Numbered from the stretch's first letter, positions 22,690 to 31,769 are shown. The stretch is 32,000 bases of DNA from Casimicrobium huifangae (GCF_009746125.1 NZ_CP041352.1:1626436-1658435); one strand, 5' to 3'. Program-made: numbers and translations. Notes: generated from the letters alone by a model not told the origin.

Positions 22690-24792
22690 ATGAAATTCGC
22701 GTACCTGCTCAAACGGGCGGCATTTGCGGTTGGGGGGCTCTCTCTCGGCCTCGTGCTCGCACCAGCGCACGCCGCAACGACCTTTTCACTGTCGAGCGGC
22801 TCGGTCTGTGGTGGACCAACATCGGCATCATTCACGCCGGGGGTGGGCAACATCACTGTGTCTCTGTGTGCGACGACAGGCGCAGGAGAACCGTTTTGCG
22901 GCGCATCAATTAAGTTGCTTTCGGCTGTTGGCCAAGGCGGCTTGTTCAACATCACGAACCGTACGCTGGGCCCTGCACTGCCAGACGCTACTACTGCGTC
23001 GCCGACGTACCCGATCGCGATCAGTAATCCGGCTGCGGGCCCCGATCTTGGAGGCACGCCCAATGGCACTGCCTCTACAGCTGGCGGCCTGACTACTTTG
23101 CTCGCAACCTTTACGATTACGCCGCCGGCATCCGCACCGTTGGCGTCCTATGTGATCACGACGGATGCCTTCACGAGCTTGAGCACGCCGAGTCCCGACT
23201 GCACGACCCCAGGGGATCCGGTGGGTGTTCCTACTCAAGCCTCGTTCACGTTGAATAAAATTGTGACGCCCGCCACTGCGGTCTTTACCATCTCGGGTCC
23301 GGTCAACGTGACTGAAGGTGGCGCAACTGCCAATGCAGTTGTAACCTGCACGGGCGCTCTTGATGGCAACAACACAGCGATAACGGTGCCGTTCACGACC
23401 ACCAACGCTTTGAATAACTTCACGACCAGCGCCTCGCCGGTAACCTTCACAGCCTGCGCAGGCGCAACGCAAAACATCGTTGTGACACCGCGTGGTGATG
23501 ACGCGACTGTTCAAGGTCCGGTGTCCGGCACGATCGTATTGGGCACGCCTTCAGCAGGTTCGCTCGGCGCCACGACGACAGCAACGGTTAACGTCGCTGA
23601 TAACGATACTCTCCCGGTGTTTGGTCTGGTCAAGGCCGGTGCCTGCGCGGAGCCGACGACATCCTGCACGTTTACGGTTGTCCGGGAAAGCGGTATTACC
23701 AACAACACTGCCGTTGGTTTCACCATCAGCGGTACGGCGACTCGCGGTACGGATTACACGCTCAATGACAGCAACTGCGGCGGCCCGGTAATTGCCGGCA
23801 ACTCGATCACGCACACGCAGGCGGCTCCGTCTGGAGGCTTCACAATTGCTGTTTGCCCGATTGATGACACCGCTGTCGAAGGCGCTGAAACCGTCGTCAT
23901 GACGCTCAACACTGGCGCCGGTTACACACTCGGCGCAGTGGCGACACAAACGCAGAGCATCGCTGATGACGACAGCCCGCAAGTGGTTACCCTCGCAGTG
24001 AACGGTCCGGTATCGGAAGCTGGTGGTGTGTTGACCTACACCTTCACCCGCTCCGGTGGCAGCGCCGCTGCCCAGGCCGCAACGCTGACGGTGAACACCA
24101 CGGCGCCGGCAACGAGCAGCCGCTACAGCACGACCTGTGGCGCGTCCATCACGTTCGCTGCATCGACGTCAACGGCTACCTGCACGGTAACCGCCATTGA
24201 CAACGTCGCGGTTGACGGCAACGCTACCGCAACGGTTGCAGTCGCTGCTCCGACGGTTGCTGGGGCATACACCGTGGGTTCGCCTTCGTCGGCAACCGGC
24301 ACCATCAACGATGATGATGTAGCGGTTAACGCTGTTGCCGGTAACACCGGCTCGGCGGCTTCGATGGGAATCACCGAAGGTGCTGTGGCTCGCTTCAGCG
24401 TCAGCTGCCCGACGCTTGCTGCGCCGTTCACGGTGAACTACTCGATCGCTCCGGCAACGCCGGCAACCGGTGACGTGTTCGTTGGCGGTGGCGCGACTGG
24501 CTCAGTGACCTGCCCGGCCGCGGCGGCAAGCCTGGTTGCGGTACCGACGACGGTGCAGACGCTTGACGACTCGCTGATCGGCAATGCACGTACCTACACC
24601 ATGACCATCTCGGTCCCGGCAGTCCCCGGTCCTGCACCTGCAGCCACGGTGATTGGCAACGCGGTAGCAACGGTTGTTGTCGCTGACAATGATCAGCCGA
24701 CGTCGATCCCGACGATGGGCGCAGCAGGCCTCGGCCTCTTGAGCTTGATGCTCGCCGGCTTGGCTGCCTTCCAGCGCCGTCGCCGCGCCTAA
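22690..24792 (+). CDS. Calx-beta repeat surface protein with IPTL-CTERM sorting signal
   Basis: AGGGA RBS; ATG 22690 lies 17 nt after the previous stop. Signal peptide ...LVLAPAHA/AT. At least four repeats of about 100 aa end in acidic D-x-D boundaries (TVNVADNDTLPV, QSIADDDSPQVV, TGTINDDDVAV, VVVADNDQPTS), with Calx-beta-like cores (FTISGTATRGTDYTL...IDDTAVEGAETVVMTL). C-terminal IPTM + TM + RRRR. Confidence 0.8.
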   Translation: MKFAYLLKRAAFAVGGLSLGLVLAPAHAATTFSLSSGSVCGGPTSASFTPGVGNITVSLCATTGAGEPFCGASIKLLSAVGQGGLFNITNRTLGPALPDATTASPTYPIAISNPAAGPDLGGTPNGTASTAGGLTTLLATFTITPPASAPLASYVITTDAFTSLSTPSPDCTTPGDPVGVPTQASFTLNKIVTPATAVFTISGPVNVTEGGATANAVVTCTGALDGNNTAITVPFTTTNALNNFTTSASPVTFTACAGATQNIVVTPRGDDATVQGPVSGTIVLGTPSAGSLGATTTATVNVADNDTLPVFGLVKAGACAEPTTSCTFTVVRESGITNNTAVGFTISGTATRGTDYTLNDSNCGGPVIAGNSITHTQAAPSGGFTIAVCPIDDTAVEGAETVVMTLNTGAGYTLGAVATQTQSIADDDSPQVVTLAVNGPVSEAGGVLTYTFTRSGGSAAAQAATLTVNTTAPATSSRYSTTCGASITFAASTSTATCTVTAIDNVAVDGNATATVAVAAPTVAGAYTVGSPSSATGTINDDDVAVNAVAGNTGSAASMGITEGAVARFSVSCPTLAAPFTVNYSIAPATPATGDVFVGGGATGSVTCPAAAASLVAVPTTVQTLDDSLIGNARTYTMTISVPAVPGPAPAATVIGNAVATVVVADNDQPTSIPTMGAAGLGLLSLMLAGLAAFQRRRRA
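24706..24789 (+). other. IPTL-CTERM-type protein sorting signal
   Basis: IPTMGAAGLGLLSLMLAGLAAFQRRRRA has the IPT(L/M) motif, a hydrophobic helix and an Arg cluster at the extreme C-terminus. This is the tripartite architecture of the IPTL-CTERM class. Confidence 0.75.
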
Positions 24793-24850
24793 GCCCCGCT
24801 AAGCATCGGTACGCGGGCTGGTTGCAGAACCAGCCGTGAACCGCGATAAC

Positions 24851-24880
24851 AAAACCCGCTTCGGCGGGTTTTGTCTTTTC
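24851..24880 (+). terminator. rho-independent terminator
   Basis: AAAACCCGC-TTCG-GCGGGTTTT perfect 9-bp stem with a tetraloop, followed by GTCTTTTC. Located 59 nt after the stop of the IPTL-CTERM gene. Confidence 0.85.
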
Positions 24881-24955
24881 TGGGTATCACGCATGCGGCT
24901 TGCGTAGCGGACCATGTAGCAACAGTACGATTGACTCGGCGCTACACTGTGTTCC

Positions 24956-26374
24956 ATGAATACCGCGTGCTGGCTTTCTGCTTCCGATTTGTTCCGTCAG
25001 CTGGATGTCGGCGGGGTGACGTCGGCGGAAGCGGTCCACTCGGTGCTGGAACGCATCAGACAGTGCGAACCCAGACTTAACGCGCTCTATCTCGACAAGT
25101 CGCAAAGCGCCCGCAGCGCTGCCGATGCGTCGGATGCGCGCTGGGCCGCTGGCAAAGCCTTGAGTCCACTGGACGGTGTTCCAGTCACTCTCAAGGAGAA
25201 CATTTACACCGTTGGCGATCCGGCGCCGATTGGAACGGCAGCCAACACCACGGAGCCGAAGGCGGTCAACTCACCCGTGGCGGACCGGTTGCGCGAAGCT
25301 GGCCTCGTTCTCGTCGGAAAGACGACGATGCCAGACTTCGGCATGCTCTCCAGTGGCCAGTCGAGTTTCCACGGCGTTACCCGCAATCCCTGGCAACCCA
25401 GCCGCAATCCCGGTGGCTCCAGCTCGGGCGCCGGTGCGGCCTGCGCGGCCGGCTATGGCCCGTTGCACATTGGTACGGACATTGGTGGCTCAATTCGCCT
25501 GCCAGCCAGTTTCTGCGGCATCTTCGGCTTGAAGCCATCGCTCGGCCGTGTCCCGATCAATCCGCCCTACATGGGACGCGTCGCCGGGCCGATGACCCGC
25601 ACGGTGCTTGATGCGGCATTGCTGATGAACGTGATCGCGCGGCCGGATCCTGATCACCGCGACTTCATGGATCTGCCGACGCAGCCGGTGGACTACGCTG
25701 CAGAGCTGGAACGCTTCTCGTTGAAAGGCAAGCGTATTGGCGTGCTGACCGAGATGAAGGTCGGTCGTGAGGTGCAGGCCGATGTCGCCGCAGCGGCGTG
25801 GGAGTGCGGGCAGTTGCTCGAACAGCATGGCGCCCGCGTCGAGCCGCTGCAGCCATTCATCACCCGTGACATGCTGGACGGAATCTGCGGCTTCTTTGAG
25901 GCACGCAGCCATCTGGACATCTCTCGGCTGCCCGAGGCGACACGCGCAAAAATCCTGCCTTTCATCGTTCGCTGGGCGACGTGGCGTGCAGGCAAATTCT
26001 CCGGCGATACGGTCATGGCCTTCTACGCGCAGGTGATGGCGATGCGTGAAGCGACGGTGAAAGCCACCCATGGCTTTGACTTCGTGATCACCCCCACCAG
26101 TCCGATTCCTGCGTTTGAGGCCGAGTACTGTTGCCCGGACAACGACCCGGAACGCGCGCTCGAGCACATTGCGTTCACGGTGCCGTACAACATGAGCGAG
26201 CAACCCGCCGCATCGATCAACTGGAGCTACTCCACACAGAAGCGTACCGTTGGCCTGCCGATCGGCGTACAGGTCGCCGGGCGTCGCTTTGATGATCTCG
26301 GTGTATTACAGCTGTCGCGTGTTATCGAACAGATCCGCCCGGTGCAGCGGCCGTGGCCGGTCCATATCGGATGA
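24956..26374 (+). CDS. amidase-signature (AS) family amidase
   Basis: Catalytic Lys context VPVTLKENI, GGSSSGAGAA cis-Ser motif, nucleophile context GTDIGGSIRLPASFCG. Confidence 0.9.
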   Translation: MNTACWLSASDLFRQLDVGGVTSAEAVHSVLERIRQCEPRLNALYLDKSQSARSAADASDARWAAGKALSPLDGVPVTLKENIYTVGDPAPIGTAANTTEPKAVNSPVADRLREAGLVLVGKTTMPDFGMLSSGQSSFHGVTRNPWQPSRNPGGSSSGAGAACAAGYGPLHIGTDIGGSIRLPASFCGIFGLKPSLGRVPINPPYMGRVAGPMTRTVLDAALLMNVIARPDPDHRDFMDLPTQPVDYAAELERFSLKGKRIGVLTEMKVGREVQADVAAAAWECGQLLEQHGARVEPLQPFITRDMLDGICGFFEARSHLDISRLPEATRAKILPFIVRWATWRAGKFSGDTVMAFYAQVMAMREATVKATHGFDFVITPTSPIPAFEAEYCCPDNDPERALEHIAFTVPYNMSEQPAASINWSYSTQKRTVGLPIGVQVAGRRFDDLGVLQLSRVIEQIRPVQRPWPVHIG

Positions 26375-26449
26375 CCCACGATCCGCAGCGCCGCATCCTG
26401 GCCACAATAGTTCATCCATTCGTCTGCAACCAACCACTCTGAGGGGCTC

Positions 26450-28033
26450 ATGAAGATTGCCAAGCTTGTCACCGCGATTGCGCTCGCATCGTCGGCCGTT
26501 CTGGCGGTAACGCCGGTGCTCGCACAACAAAAGGTGCTCAAGGTCGCGCCGCACGCCTTCCCGGCCAATCTTGACCCGTTCAACGTGACGGCGTACATCA
26601 CGCGCAATCACGGCTACATGGTCTACGACACGCTGTTCGCGACTGACGAGAAGGGGGCGATAAAGCCGCAGATGGTGGACAAATGGGTGGTCAGCCCGGA
26701 TGGCAAGACCTACACCTTCACCTTGCGCGACAAGCTCGAATTCCACGACGGCAAGCCAGTGACGGGCGAGGACTGCGTCGCCTCGATCAAGCGCTGGGGC
26801 GCGCGCGACACTTTTGGCCAGAAGCTGATGACCTTCGTCGACAAGATGGAAGTGGTGGACGCCAAGACTTTCCGCATGTTGCTGAAAGAGCCGACTGGTA
26901 TCGTGCTCGATGCCCTGGGCAAGCCGTCGTCGAACCCGGCCTTCATCATGCCCGCCCGCGTCGCCGCGACCGATCCGTTCAAGGTGATTGACGACTACAC
27001 CGGTTCCGGCCCCTATGTCTTCAAGAAGGACGAGTACAAGCCCGGTGTGCAGTCCATCTACCTCAAGAACACCAAATACGTGCCGCGCAGTGAGCCGCCG
27101 TCCGGTCTCGCGGGTGGCAAGAAGGTGTTTGTTGATCGCATCGAATGGCTCGCGCTGAAGGATGCGCAAACCCAGCTCAACGCCTTGCTCGCCGGCGAGA
27201 TCGACATGATCGAGCAGCCGGCGTTTGAGCAATACCCGCAACTGCGCAAGGACAACCGCGTCAGCATCGTCGACACCGGTACCGTGAACTACCAGTACGT
27301 GATGCGCTTCAACCATCTGGTACCGCCATTCAACAACCCGAAGGTGCGCGAAGCGGCGATGTGGGCGATGAACCAGGAGGCCTTCCTGCGCGCCCAGGTC
27401 GGTCCGGAAAACGAAGGCATGTTCTACACCTGCCCGAGCATGTATCCGTGCGGCACGCCGCTGGCAAGCCCGAAGGGCAGCGATTTCATGGTCAAGGGCA
27501 ACATGGCGAAGGCGCAGCAGCTGCTCAAGGATTCCGGCTACGACGGCAAACCGATTGTCGTGATGCGCCCGACCGATCTGCAGTCAATTCACAAGTTGCC
27601 ATTGGTGGCCACGCAACTGCTGCGTCAGGCCGGTTTCAAGGTTGATCTGATCACCATGGACTGGGGCTCGCTAGTTGCCCGTCGCTCGAAAAAGGACCCG
27701 GCTGATCAGGGCGGCTGGAACATCTTCCTCACCGCCTGGGTAGGCGCCGATATCATGAACCCGCTGACCAGTGCCCCGCTCGGCGGCAATGGTGAAAAGG
27801 GCTGGGCGGGCTGGGCGACCGACGCTGAACTCGAAAAATTGCGCGACCAGTATGCGCGTGCCACGACCGAGGCCGACAAGAAACGTATCGCAGAGGCGGT
27901 GCAGGTGCGCGCCACGCAAGTGGGCACGCACGCGATCCTTGGCGAATACAAGAATCCCGCAGCAGTTCGCAAGAACATCTCCGGCGTGCTGAAAACGGCC
28001 GGCTCAGCGTACTGGAATATCCAGAAGAACTGA
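26450..28033 (+). CDS. ABC transporter substrate-binding protein, family 5 (peptide/opine/nickel type), orphan
   Basis: GAGGGG RBS. Signal peptide MKIAKLVTAIALASSAVLAVTPVLA/QQ. 527 aa, with family-5 type sequence (FTLRDKLEFHDGKPVTGEDCVASIKRW). No permease or ATPase genes are adjacent. Confidence 0.85.
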   Translation: MKIAKLVTAIALASSAVLAVTPVLAQQKVLKVAPHAFPANLDPFNVTAYITRNHGYMVYDTLFATDEKGAIKPQMVDKWVVSPDGKTYTFTLRDKLEFHDGKPVTGEDCVASIKRWGARDTFGQKLMTFVDKMEVVDAKTFRMLLKEPTGIVLDALGKPSSNPAFIMPARVAATDPFKVIDDYTGSGPYVFKKDEYKPGVQSIYLKNTKYVPRSEPPSGLAGGKKVFVDRIEWLALKDAQTQLNALLAGEIDMIEQPAFEQYPQLRKDNRVSIVDTGTVNYQYVMRFNHLVPPFNNPKVREAAMWAMNQEAFLRAQVGPENEGMFYTCPSMYPCGTPLASPKGSDFMVKGNMAKAQQLLKDSGYDGKPIVVMRPTDLQSIHKLPLVATQLLRQAGFKVDLITMDWGSLVARRSKKDPADQGGWNIFLTAWVGADIMNPLTSAPLGGNGEKGWAGWATDAELEKLRDQYARATTEADKKRIAEAVQVRATQVGTHAILGEYKNPAAVRKNISGVLKTAGSAYWNIQKN

Positions 28034-28127
28034 TTCTTGCGCTAACAGCTTTTTGCTGTAGGCCCCGTCTGATCAGGGCTTGAAGCAGTAAATCGGCAAA
28101 AGTCAAGTATTTGCAGAAATACCATCC

Positions 28128-28152
28128 AAGCCCCGCTCCGGCGGGGCTTTTC
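28128..28152 (+). terminator. rho-independent terminator
   Basis: AAGCCCCGC-TCCG-GCGGGGCTT followed by TTCAC; a strong GC stem. It ends only 8-9 nt before ATG 28161. Confidence 0.75.
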
Positions 28153-28160
28153 ACTAAAAG

Positions 28161-29567
28161 ATGCTTATGGATTCCCTGTCGTTCCAATCGGTCCGTGAAC
28201 TCTCGGCGCTGCTGGTGTCGCGGCAGCTATCGGCCCGTGAACTGCTTGACGCCTGCCTGACACAGATCGACCGCGTCAATCCGGTCGTCAATGCCATCGT
28301 CACCCAGGATCGCGAGGGCGCCTACGCCAACGCCGACGCCATCGACGCCCGCCGCGCGCAGGGTTTGCCGACGTCGCCGCTGGCGGGGCTGCCGATCGCG
28401 ATCAAGGATCTGGAGCCGGTCAAAGGCATGCGCACCACGATGGGTTCGCCGATTTTCAAGGACTGGGTACCGGACTTCGACACCCTCATGATCGAGCGTT
28501 TCCGCTCGCACGGGTTGAGCATCCTTGGCAAGACGAACACGCCGGAGTTTGGCCTTGGCAGTCAGACCTTCAACGCCGTTTTCGGCGCCACCAAAAACCC
28601 GTGGGACATCACCAAAACCTGCGGTGGCTCATCCGGCGGCGCAGCGGTGGCAGTGTCAACGGGCATGTTGCCGTTCGCCGATGGCTCCGACATGGGCGGC
28701 AGTCTGCGCAATCCGGCCAACTTTTGCGGCACCGTGGGCCTGCGCACGTCGCCGGGCCGCGTGCCGACCTATCCTTCGCTCAATCTCTGGGGCACGCTCG
28801 GCGTGCTCGGCCCGATCGCGCGTACCGCGGAGGATGCCGCGTGGCTGCTGTCGGTGCAGGCGGGCGACGATCCTCGCGTGGCGCTCGGCCGCTGTGGCGA
28901 CCCGACAGTCTTTCGCCAGCCGCTGGACCGTGACTTCAAGGGCGTGCGCATCGGCTGGAGCCCGACGCTGGGCGGATTGCCGGTCGAGAAGGGTGTGCGC
29001 GATGCGCTTGAAAAGTCACTCAAGCGCTTTGAGGCCATCGGCGCCGTGATCGAGGAGGCTGCGCCGGATCTGTCCATCGCCGATGACGCCTTTCAGGCGC
29101 AGCGGGCGTTGCACCTGGTCAATTCACTTGGCGCCCACTATCGGGACAAGCGGCACCTGCTGAAGGACACCGCCGTATGGAATATCGAGCAGGGATTGAA
29201 GCTGACTGGCGAACAGATCGCCGCCGCACAGACCGCACAATCGAAATGCTTTGAGCGCATGCAGCGGTTCCTGAGCCGCTACGACTACTTCATCTGCCCG
29301 GTCAATCAGGTGCTGCCGTTCGACGTGACGATGCCCTACCCGATGACGATTGACGGTGTGCAGTTGGGCAACTATCTCGAATGGATGAAATCCGCCTGCC
29401 GCATCACCATGACTTCGCACCCCGCCGCCAGCGCGCCGGTTGCCTTTGCGGCGAACGGTCTGCCGGTGGGCATGCAGATCGTCGGGCACTATGGCGCGGA
29501 GCTCGAAGTGCTGCAACTCGTGCATGCGGTGCAGTTGCCGCTGGCGGAGCGGATGCCGCCGCTGTGA
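28161..29567 (+). CDS. amidase-signature (AS) family amidase (second paralogue)
   Basis: LPIAIKDL catalytic Lys context, GGSSGGAAVAV, GSDMGGSLRNPANFCG. Alternative start ATG 28167. Confidence 0.9.
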   Translation: MLMDSLSFQSVRELSALLVSRQLSARELLDACLTQIDRVNPVVNAIVTQDREGAYANADAIDARRAQGLPTSPLAGLPIAIKDLEPVKGMRTTMGSPIFKDWVPDFDTLMIERFRSHGLSILGKTNTPEFGLGSQTFNAVFGATKNPWDITKTCGGSSGGAAVAVSTGMLPFADGSDMGGSLRNPANFCGTVGLRTSPGRVPTYPSLNLWGTLGVLGPIARTAEDAAWLLSVQAGDDPRVALGRCGDPTVFRQPLDRDFKGVRIGWSPTLGGLPVEKGVRDALEKSLKRFEAIGAVIEEAAPDLSIADDAFQAQRALHLVNSLGAHYRDKRHLLKDTAVWNIEQGLKLTGEQIAAAQTAQSKCFERMQRFLSRYDYFICPVNQVLPFDVTMPYPMTIDGVQLGNYLEWMKSACRITMTSHPAASAPVAFAANGLPVGMQIVGHYGAELEVLQLVHAVQLPLAERMPPL

Positions 29568-29718
29568 AGCATCTGTTATGCCAGCGTGCTATGCCGCTGT
29601 CGTCGGAAATGTCCGTTTTGCCGGTAATCGTGATGTAACTGCTTGAATCAACGGTGGTCGTCAGGTTTGTCTGGCCATTCATCCGCATAATGACAATGAT
29701 GGAGAGCGGGGCAGGCAA

Positions 29719-30801
29719 TTGAATTCCGTAGCAGTGACGCCGGAGCAGTACCGGGCGCACTATTGGGCGACTGACGCTGAGCAGTGGCGTTTTGCGCTGG
29801 TGCTGTTTCTGGTGCCGACGGTACTGTTCGTCTGGTTCGACTACCAGTTGAACGGCACCACCTGGCTCTTCTACGGATTCGTCGCCATGCGCGTAGCCAT
29901 GGCGAGTTACTCGCTGTTGCTGATCTTCGCGTTGCGACGTTTGCAGAACCGTCGTCTGCTGGAACGACTCCTGTTGCTATGGACGCTCTGCGGCATCACT
30001 GTCTTTGCCCTCAACGCGCTTGGCCGACCACCGGAATTCTTTGGCCACTATGTGTTCGAGGTTTTTGCGCTGATGCTGTTTTTCTCGGCGATGCCGATGC
30101 AGCCGGGCGCACAACTGGCGGTGGGCATCACCTATCTGGTGGTCGCGTTACCGATCCTCTTTTTCTACAAGCAGCCCCCGACAGCGGTGTACACCAGCAA
30201 CACGGCTGCCGTGATGCTGCTGACCGTGATTAGCGGCTACCTGATCGCACGACGGATTCGTGACTATCGCGTCGATGCACTGGTCGCGCAGCTCAAGCTT
30301 GAGCACCAGGCCCGCACCGACGCGCTCACCGGCATTGCCAACCGTCGGGCGTTCCTCGATGCCGCGCATCAGGAGTTATCGCGAGTCAATCGCAGCGAAT
30401 CGCCGCTGACCGTGCTGATGCTCGATATCGATCACTTCAAGAAGGTCAACGACCGCTTTGGGCACGATGTCGGCGACGATTTGCTGGCTGAGTTCGCGCG
30501 TCGCATCGAGAAAGGCTTGCGCGGCTATGACCAGTTCGCCCGGCTCGGCGGCGAAGAGTTCGCGGTGATGTTGCCGGGCTGCAACCTGGAGCAGGCAGTG
30601 GCCACGGCGGAGCGCTTGCGGCACGCCATCAGCGCCGAGCCGTTTGCGGTGCGCGGCAACATCGTACCGATGACGGTGAGCATCGGTGTCGGCATCGTTC
30701 GCGAGTTCGAGATGACCATTGACGGCGTGCTGACCCGCGCCGACACGGCGCTCTACGCCGCCAAAGACAACGGTCGTGACCGGGTGGAAGTGGTCGAATA
30801 G
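29719..30801 (+). CDS. membrane-bound diguanylate cyclase (6-TM N-terminal domain + GGDEF)
   Basis: About six hydrophobic helices in the first 190 aa, then DALTGIANRRAF, an active site GGEEF, and an RxxD I-site (RGYD) five residues upstream of GGEEF. Start is TTG 29719 (alternative GTG 29734); no in-frame ATG is nearby. Confidence 0.85.
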   Translation: MNSVAVTPEQYRAHYWATDAEQWRFALVLFLVPTVLFVWFDYQLNGTTWLFYGFVAMRVAMASYSLLLIFALRRLQNRRLLERLLLLWTLCGITVFALNALGRPPEFFGHYVFEVFALMLFFSAMPMQPGAQLAVGITYLVVALPILFFYKQPPTAVYTSNTAAVMLLTVISGYLIARRIRDYRVDALVAQLKLEHQARTDALTGIANRRAFLDAAHQELSRVNRSESPLTVLMLDIDHFKKVNDRFGHDVGDDLLAEFARRIEKGLRGYDQFARLGGEEFAVMLPGCNLEQAVATAERLRHAISAEPFAVRGNIVPMTVSIGVGIVREFEMTIDGVLTRADTALYAAKDNGRDRVEVVE

Positions 30802-30829
30802 GGCACCGCGGCGCCGCCGCGAGCAATCC

Positions 30830-31747
30830 TCAGGCGCGTGCCGCTGGCGTGATCTGCACGCCACTGGCCATTTCCTGCGCGGTCACCAGCTCGGCCACCA
30901 TGCCATCGCCCAGACCCATCGCGCAGGCCTGCACCAGCGCCTGATGCACGGCTTCGCCGAGCCAGCTGGCCAGTGGCATGCTCTCGGTGAAGTGGGTGTA
31001 GTAGCGCAAGTCCTTGCGCGCGTTGTCGAGCTGAAACTTGAGGCCCTGCATGTCGCCATCCAGCGATTTCGCCATCGCCTGAAACAGGCCTGAATTGACA
31101 CCGCCAGCGCTGACCACCCGAACCAGTTGCTTCGGATCAACGCCGGACTTCACTGCTGCGGCGAAAGCCTCGGCCGTGGCCGTGCAAATCGCCTGAGCGA
31201 TGAAGTTGTTCATCAGCTTCACCTTGTGTCCAGCCCCCGGCGGACCGACGTGAAAGATGTTTTCGCAATAGGCCTTGAGCACCGGTTCGATCTGTGCGAA
31301 CACCGCATCGTTGGCACCAACCATGGTGTTGAGCTTGCCCAGCTCGGCCTCCACCGGCGTGCGCGCCAGCGGCGCGTCAACGAATTCCACTCCGTGCTGC
31401 GCAAAGCGATCGCGCAAGGCGGCTGTGCTGGTCGGCTCGGCGGTCGAGGTGTCGATCACCACCAAACTGCGCCGCGCGGATTCGATGATGCCGTTGCTGC
31501 CGAAGCAGACCGCCTCGACTTCGGGCGAGCCGGTGACGCACAGGATCACGATGTCAGAGGCCGCAGCCACCTCGCGCGGCGACAGCAACTCAACTCCGCC
31601 CAGTGCGATCAGGTCGGCACCGGCGTCCGGGGCGCTACGGCGCTTGAGAAAAGATAGCGATTGGCCTTTGGCGACAATGTTTTTGGCAATGCCGTGGCCC
31701 ATCAGGCCGATGCCGATAACGCCAATACTCGGTGAAGATGCGGTCAT
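30830..31747 (-). CDS. NAD(P)-dependent beta-hydroxyacid dehydrogenase family oxidoreductase (3-hydroxyisobutyrate dehydrogenase-like)
   Basis: N-terminal Rossmann motif IGVIGIGLMGHGIAKN; 305 aa; central GAGHKVKLMNN segment typical of the family. Confidence 0.85.
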   Translation of the reverse strand: MTASSPSIGVIGIGLMGHGIAKNIVAKGQSLSFLKRRSAPDAGADLIALGGVELLSPREVAAASDIVILCVTGSPEVEAVCFGSNGIIESARRSLVVIDTSTAEPTSTAALRDRFAQHGVEFVDAPLARTPVEAELGKLNTMVGANDAVFAQIEPVLKAYCENIFHVGPPGAGHKVKLMNNFIAQAICTATAEAFAAAVKSGVDPKQLVRVVSAGGVNSGLFQAMAKSLDGDMQGLKFQLDNARKDLRYYTHFTESMPLASWLGEAVHQALVQACAMGLGDGMVAELVTAQEMASGVQITPAARA

Positions 31748-31769
31748 GTGATTGCTGTGAATGCCTGGT

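Noticed and set aside
24943-24958. TACACT -10-like hexamer exactly 7 nt before ATG 24956, with no Shine-Dalgarno, suggesting a leaderless amidase mRNA
   Set aside because: No acceptable -35 or extended -10 lies at the right spacing (TTGACT is only 6 nt upstream). Absence of an SD alone is weak evidence, so this is left as a remark.
26306-27316. 336-aa minus-strand ORF
   Set aside because: Antisense to the family-5 binding protein gene. No recognisable domain. A shadow ORF.
30804-30826. GC-rich palindrome CGCGGCG-C-CGCCGCG between the convergent GGDEF and dehydrogenase genes
   Set aside because: The loop is too short for a stable hairpin as drawn and there are no flanking T/A runs. Not called as a bidirectional terminator.
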